DNA from: Promethearchaeota archaeon
GTDB lineage: Archaea > Asgardarchaeota > Heimdallarchaeia > Hodarchaeales > Hodarchaeaceae
DNA: 64,000 bases
Assembly (NCBI GenBank): GCA_048938105.1
Contig: JBHLMN010000009.1
Span: 64,001-128,000 of the forward strand
Direction of reading: 5' to 3'
Shown here: piece after piece, positions 59,622 through 64,000 of the stretch
How positions within the stretch are numbered: the stretch's first letter is position 1
Layout of the letters: the number at the start of each line of letters is the position of its first letter
Notes under the pieces: model-generated
What the model saw: the letters and a program-made list of their open reading frames with translations, nothing else
Told to the model about the DNA's origin: nothing
The model's database searches: none
Program-made: the position numbers and the translations under genes

Positions 59622-61679
59622 TTAGTTTCCAACATAGGTAGTTGTTACCTGGAAACCATAATCAACATGACCTACAGGTTGTATTGGACTCACCACTAGG
59701 TAAACATAGCTTGGTAATTCCATCTCAATGTCAATTTGACCGCTATGAAGAACATCTAAATCTAAATCAGTAATTGTGTATTTTGTACCAAATTTATTCT
59801 TACCTTTGAGTTCGTAGATCAACGATACCTGGAAATCTGATCCTGGATAAGGATAATTAGGAGCTAAATCTAGTTGTTGACCATCAACACTTGCTTCTGA
59901 GATATACCAACCCTCATATGTTGTGTACCAGTCAGTTATATAACGGAAACCAACGAGAACTTCTTGCCCAACGTAATCTGAAAGACTGAATTCCATAGTA
60001 ATCCAGCCATCATCATCATCGTCGAAGTACACGCTCCAGCTCGTTAGGCCAGGTTGATAATATAGAGTCTCCCAACGAGTGTCAGGATCTGGAGGAATGA
60101 TGGTGTATTCATTTGCTAAGGAAGTCCATGTTACTCCACCATCAGTGGATACTTGGATAAATCCATAGTCCCATTCATCTTCTATATCCCAATAAGTAGT
60201 TATTTCTAGCACTGAATCTACTGAATCGATATATATTTCCTCGTCTGCAACAAGAAGTAAGTTCATCCAATCGTAATCATCTGACCACCATAGATCTGGT
60301 TGAACCTCTTGCCAACCAAAAATGGCGATATCACCGCCATCAAAGTAAAGTGTCTCGGCCCAATCTTCAGAGATATATTTTCCTGCGTCAAATCTTATAT
60401 AATCCGTACCGAATGGTTTAACCCTTGTTTTACCTGTATCATAATCTAGGATGGTTATTGTTGATCCAAAGTCTGATCCCGTCATCCAAGGAACTGGAAG
60501 CTTTGGAACTTCATATAACCTAGCTTGCTCTACATCTTTACCATTAAGATCGATTGACTTGTAATTATACAGTCCGTCGCCCCAATGAATTAGATTAGCA
60601 ATCCGCCAATTATGATAAACCTCAAGAAATGAGGTTTCAAATGGTTCTAAACCTAGAAAGTAATTGAGGCCATAAATACCTGGTAGTCCTGATTGCACGA
60701 ATGTGCCTAAAAAACTTTCTCCGTAATGATCATTTAGGTAGATAGCAAATAATAATGCTGCACCATAATCAGCTAAGATATTAATTCCACCATGATCACT
60801 CCACTCGGTAAGAGAGTTATCGGGCGTAGCTAAATAGCTGTTGATTTTAGGCCAATCAGCTCCATACCCACAAAGCATTTCTGCAAAGAGAGAGCAGCCC
60901 TCGTTCATGAAGGTGTCATCAGAAGGGTTGTGATCAGCGTGGATGAGATGCTGCAATTCGTGTGCAACTGTGCTTTCATATTGATATGGTCCACCACCAT
61001 CTGGATTTACCCAATTTTCCCAGTTGTAAGAATCTATAGTAATCATGTTACGGTCAAAATACGCTTCAAAAGTTCCCCAGTAAAAACCAATGATGAAGTA
61101 GGGATAACTGGGATCATAATACATATCGTCTCGCACATTAGAGACCATAACGATGTCTTTCCCTGTTTCACTATAATAATAACCTGGTGGAACTAATCCC
61201 CAAGCTTCAAGTAAAGAATTGCTTCCATCGTGGGGGTCAATAGGCCCAAAGTATCCCGTATCTATGGGATGTATATTACTATCATATTCATTGAGAATGT
61301 ACTGTGCTTGTTCGTCTGTAATCGGATCAGTGTGACCGTCTGGATAGCTTCTGTCAGCTTGAATCCAAACTTCCGTGAATTCACTTTCAGCTCTCAAATA
61401 ATATAGATCCCAGAATACACCCCCGTAATAATCATCGTAAGTAAACCACACTTTTTCATCGAGTATTGTTTCTGTCGCTGATGTGGATAAACCACTGGCA
61501 CTAGATGCATCACCCTTTATCTGTATTGTATCAGTGTCAAGGCCTCTCAGTTTTGGACCAATATCAAATGGCTCATAAGTTGACGCGTTACTGACATTTC
61601 CTGTCGATATTATTGCAACACCTAGAGTACTTAATATTAGCACCAAAACTACAATCATTGATATAATTTTCTTTCTCAT
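59622..61679 (-). CDS. Secreted zinc metalloprotease (M6/M30-like) with immune-inhibitor-A/MAM-like C-terminal domain
   Basis: Signal peptide from MRKK (61679); AHELQHLIH..NEG; WDIEDEWDYGFIQVSTDGG..W; GFRYITD..EGWYI. Confidence 0.88.
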   Translation of the reverse strand: MRKKIISMIVVLVLILSTLGVAIISTGNVSNASTYEPFDIGPKLRGLDTDTIQIKGDASSASGLSTSATETILDEKVWFTYDDYYGGVFWDLYYLRAESEFTEVWIQADRSYPDGHTDPITDEQAQYILNEYDSNIHPIDTGYFGPIDPHDGSNSLLEAWGLVPPGYYYSETGKDIVMVSNVRDDMYYDPSYPYFIIGFYWGTFEAYFDRNMITIDSYNWENWVNPDGGGPYQYESTVAHELQHLIHADHNPSDDTFMNEGCSLFAEMLCGYGADWPKINSYLATPDNSLTEWSDHGGINILADYGAALLFAIYLNDHYGESFLGTFVQSGLPGIYGLNYFLGLEPFETSFLEVYHNWRIANLIHWGDGLYNYKSIDLNGKDVEQARLYEVPKLPVPWMTGSDFGSTITILDYDTGKTRVKPFGTDYIRFDAGKYISEDWAETLYFDGGDIAIFGWQEVQPDLWWSDDYDWMNLLLVADEEIYIDSVDSVLEITTYWDIEDEWDYGFIQVSTDGGVTWTSLANEYTIIPPDPDTRWETLYYQPGLTSWSVYFDDDDDGWITMEFSLSDYVGQEVLVGFRYITDWYTTYEGWYISEASVDGQQLDLAPNYPYPGSDFQVSLIYELKGKNKFGTKYTITDLDLDVLHSGQIDIEMELPSYVYLVVSPIQPVGHVDYGFQVTTTYVGN

Positions 61680-62061
61680 TTTTGATCTCTCGTATCTTTT
61701 TAGATATTCTAGAATTTTTCCCATATTTTTCTAAGAATCGGAATACCTAGAAAGTCAGTGTCTAGAAAAATCTGCGGAAAAATTCTCTAGAAATATCAAT
61801 TGCGAAATCAAGAATAATTCTACATAATTTTAAAAGCTTTTCTAGATTCGTTCCGTTTTTGTGATTTCTTTATCATTACAATCTGAATCTGACTTATTCT
61901 TTAGATGTAAAGTAAATAGTTGAAAATTCGATATGTGGAATCTTTTTACAGAGAGAAATTTGATTTAAATGAAAATAACTAAATTGTCTCTGTTCTTTGA
62001 GCCGTTTAATTTTGAGTGAATTTCATAATCTTTTTAAAAATGAGATATCTATTCATTCCAC

Positions 62062-62538
62062 ATGTCATTTAGGAAATTATATTTCTTCATATTCTGCATA
62101 ATTGTGTTTTCTACAATTACACCTGTTTTAGGCTGTGGTTCTATAACTTGTTTTAGTATTAACAGGAAAAATAATGTCACTTTAACCATTACAGATGCTT
62201 ATTATACGGATCTTGATAATGACGAGGTTTTCGATATCGTATCCTTCTTTGAACTCTCATTTAGTAGTTTTCATAGATTGAGGTATACAGTAAAAATTAA
62301 TGTTTATCTAATCCTTCCCTCTGGTTATGAATTTTCTTATAAATGGATTATTGGAACGAAACAATCAAAATACTTTGGTCAGATTGACTTCTATGATCAT
62401 GCTCTTGAGTCAGGCGACTATATTTTATTTTTTAAGATAAAACTATTCACAGGTGGAGTTACAACTGGAGTTGTTGGATATGAATTTGATCCACCTGGGG
62501 GTTCAGGTGGAGGAGATCCGTTAGCAATGTTAAGATAA
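62062..62538 (+). CDS. Hypothetical secreted protein
   Basis: Signal peptide; YTDLDNDEVFD; C-terminal FDPPGGSGGGDP. Confidence 0.75.
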   Translation: MSFRKLYFFIFCIIVFSTITPVLGCGSITCFSINRKNNVTLTITDAYYTDLDNDEVFDIVSFFELSFSSFHRLRYTVKINVYLILPSGYEFSYKWIIGTKQSKYFGQIDFYDHALESGDYILFFKIKLFTGGVTTGVVGYEFDPPGGSGGGDPLAMLR

Positions 62539-62582
62539 GAATAAGGAGTTCCATGATTCTATCTTGAAAGGCAGATAACATT

Positions 62583-63698
62583 ATGATTACCTCTGAAGAA
62601 TACAAAATTGTTCTCAAACTTGAAGCAAATCCCTTAATCTCCTATTCTGACCTGGCAGACGAGCTAGGAGTCTCATGGCCAACTGCCAAGCGGAAGTTAA
62701 AAGATCTTAAATCTCGGGGGGTGATCAGGACACCTGTAGCCCTCTATAACACTAGAACTCTTGGTCTTCAGCGGTTAACGGTTATTTGGTCACTTCAAGC
62801 ATTAGAAGATCTTAATCTGATGGAAAAACTATGTGATATCCATCCTTATACGCACTATCGTGTTCGAGGGTATGCGAATGGTTATGTTCTATTTGCACAA
62901 TTTGATATTCCATCACAGATCATCCCACTGATGAGAGAACTAAACAAAATCCTACTAGAAGAGAATTATTCTGTAACAACAGAAATGCTACAAAGTTCCG
63001 GTTATCAAGCTGAAACGTTTCCAAATGTAAATTTCTTTGATCCATATCTAAACAAGTGGAATTTTAATTGGTTAGAATGGCTCGATTTGATTGAGGATCA
63101 ACCTAGTGTTCTTCCTCCCCTAGATAATTCCAAAAAAATAGGATTAGACGAATGGAAACCCATTGATTTCAAAATTCTTAGAGAATTAACAAAAAATCCT
63201 GAAGTAAAACAAGCTGAATTAATGAGAAAGTTTAACCTAACACGAACAAATGTTCATCTTAAGTATAATTTAATTTTTGATAACTTGATCTCAAATATAA
63301 GGTCTCGAATTGATCGAATTCGATTTAATCTTGTTAATACACGACTATTTTGGATATCTAATCCAGATGAGAGGAAAATGTATCAGCTTTTCAACCTTAT
63401 TAAAAATGCTCCTCCTCCTTTTCGATTGGGAATGGATATCCTTCAAGATCATGGTTTCTTATTATGGGGAGGTGCTCTCCCAAGCTATCACGAGCATCAA
63501 TTAGCTTTTTCAATCTGGAAACTTTTTCAATCCTTTAATACATATACTTTGGATACTTCAATAGATACTTCAATGATTTATTGGTTTTATCCTAACAACT
63601 TTGACTTTGATACTCAATACTGGAAGATTAACCGTGAATATGTTGTGGAAAAACCACTTGAAGAACTTAGACAAGTAAAAAAATCATCCAAGATATGA
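62583..63698 (+). CDS. Archaeal Lrp/AsnC-like regulator with two wHTH domains
   Basis: NPLISYSDLADELGVSWPTAKRKLKDL; second HTH DFKILRELTKNPEVKQAELMRKFNL. Confidence 0.85.
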   Translation: MITSEEYKIVLKLEANPLISYSDLADELGVSWPTAKRKLKDLKSRGVIRTPVALYNTRTLGLQRLTVIWSLQALEDLNLMEKLCDIHPYTHYRVRGYANGYVLFAQFDIPSQIIPLMRELNKILLEENYSVTTEMLQSSGYQAETFPNVNFFDPYLNKWNFNWLEWLDLIEDQPSVLPPLDNSKKIGLDEWKPIDFKILRELTKNPEVKQAELMRKFNLTRTNVHLKYNLIFDNLISNIRSRIDRIRFNLVNTRLFWISNPDERKMYQLFNLIKNAPPPFRLGMDILQDHGFLLWGGALPSYHEHQLAFSIWKLFQSFNTYTLDTSIDTSMIYWFYPNNFDFDTQYWKINREYVVEKPLEELRQVKKSSKI

Positions 63699-64000
63699 TA
63701 CAAAGTCAATCTTATGATATTAGGTCCTATTCTTTTTATCTGAATATTTCTTGATCCTTTCACCCCCTATTCTATTAAAAAATTAAATATTCTCTCTCAT
63801 GTAACCTCTCATAAATATATAGTATAAAAAAAATGATAATTAAACATTTATAATCTTGTTTACATATTTTTCAAGATGTTTAGAAATATTACATAAAATA
63901 CACACCATAATGAAGAAAAGGAACAAATCTAGGAATATTTTTAAATTTTTGATGAAAAATTTCAACTTTTAGGTATTATTTACTTGAACTATCGAATATT

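Noticed and set aside
3052-63504. Numerous 60-147 aa ORFs antisense to or nested in well-supported genes (e.g. 3052, 7453, 34439, 43130, 60930)
   Set aside because: Shadow ORFs without motifs or independent ribosome-binding signals.

Overview
AT-rich archaeal window. It is most consistent with an Asgard (Heimdallarchaeia/Hodarchaeales-like) chromosome; this is an inference from the archaeal/eukaryote-type TyrRS, a longin-like protein, Ser/Thr-linker C-terminally anchored surface proteins and archaeal-style wHTH regulators. About 55 CDS are supportable. I recognised no rRNA, tRNA, CRISPR array, integrase or transposase. Housekeeping and metabolic genes include tyrS, a CDF transporter, an amino-acid racemase, ABC/MMPL transporters, feoA-feoB-(4TM)-feoC, an acyl-CoA ligase, a PHI-like SIS isomerase with a PfkB kinase, and three ICMT-family membrane methyltransferases. 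The 14-21 kb and 30-35 kb stretches hold small, partly decayed genes and several unannotated gene remnants. The best candidates for undescribed biology lie at 50-58.4 kb: (i) a GNAT plus N-succinylamino-acid racemase/OSBS pair that lacks the usual M20 desuccinylase and is divergent from a lactonase-like MBL hydrolase and a creatinase-like M24 enzyme; (ii) a form IV RuBisCO-like protein that keeps KDDE but appears to have lost the Lys175 loop; (iii) an orphan beta-class DNA methyltransferase that looks like a single-chain active/inactive pseudo-dimer with a Zn-ribbon and HTH. Family calls come from motif recognition only; no database searches were run.
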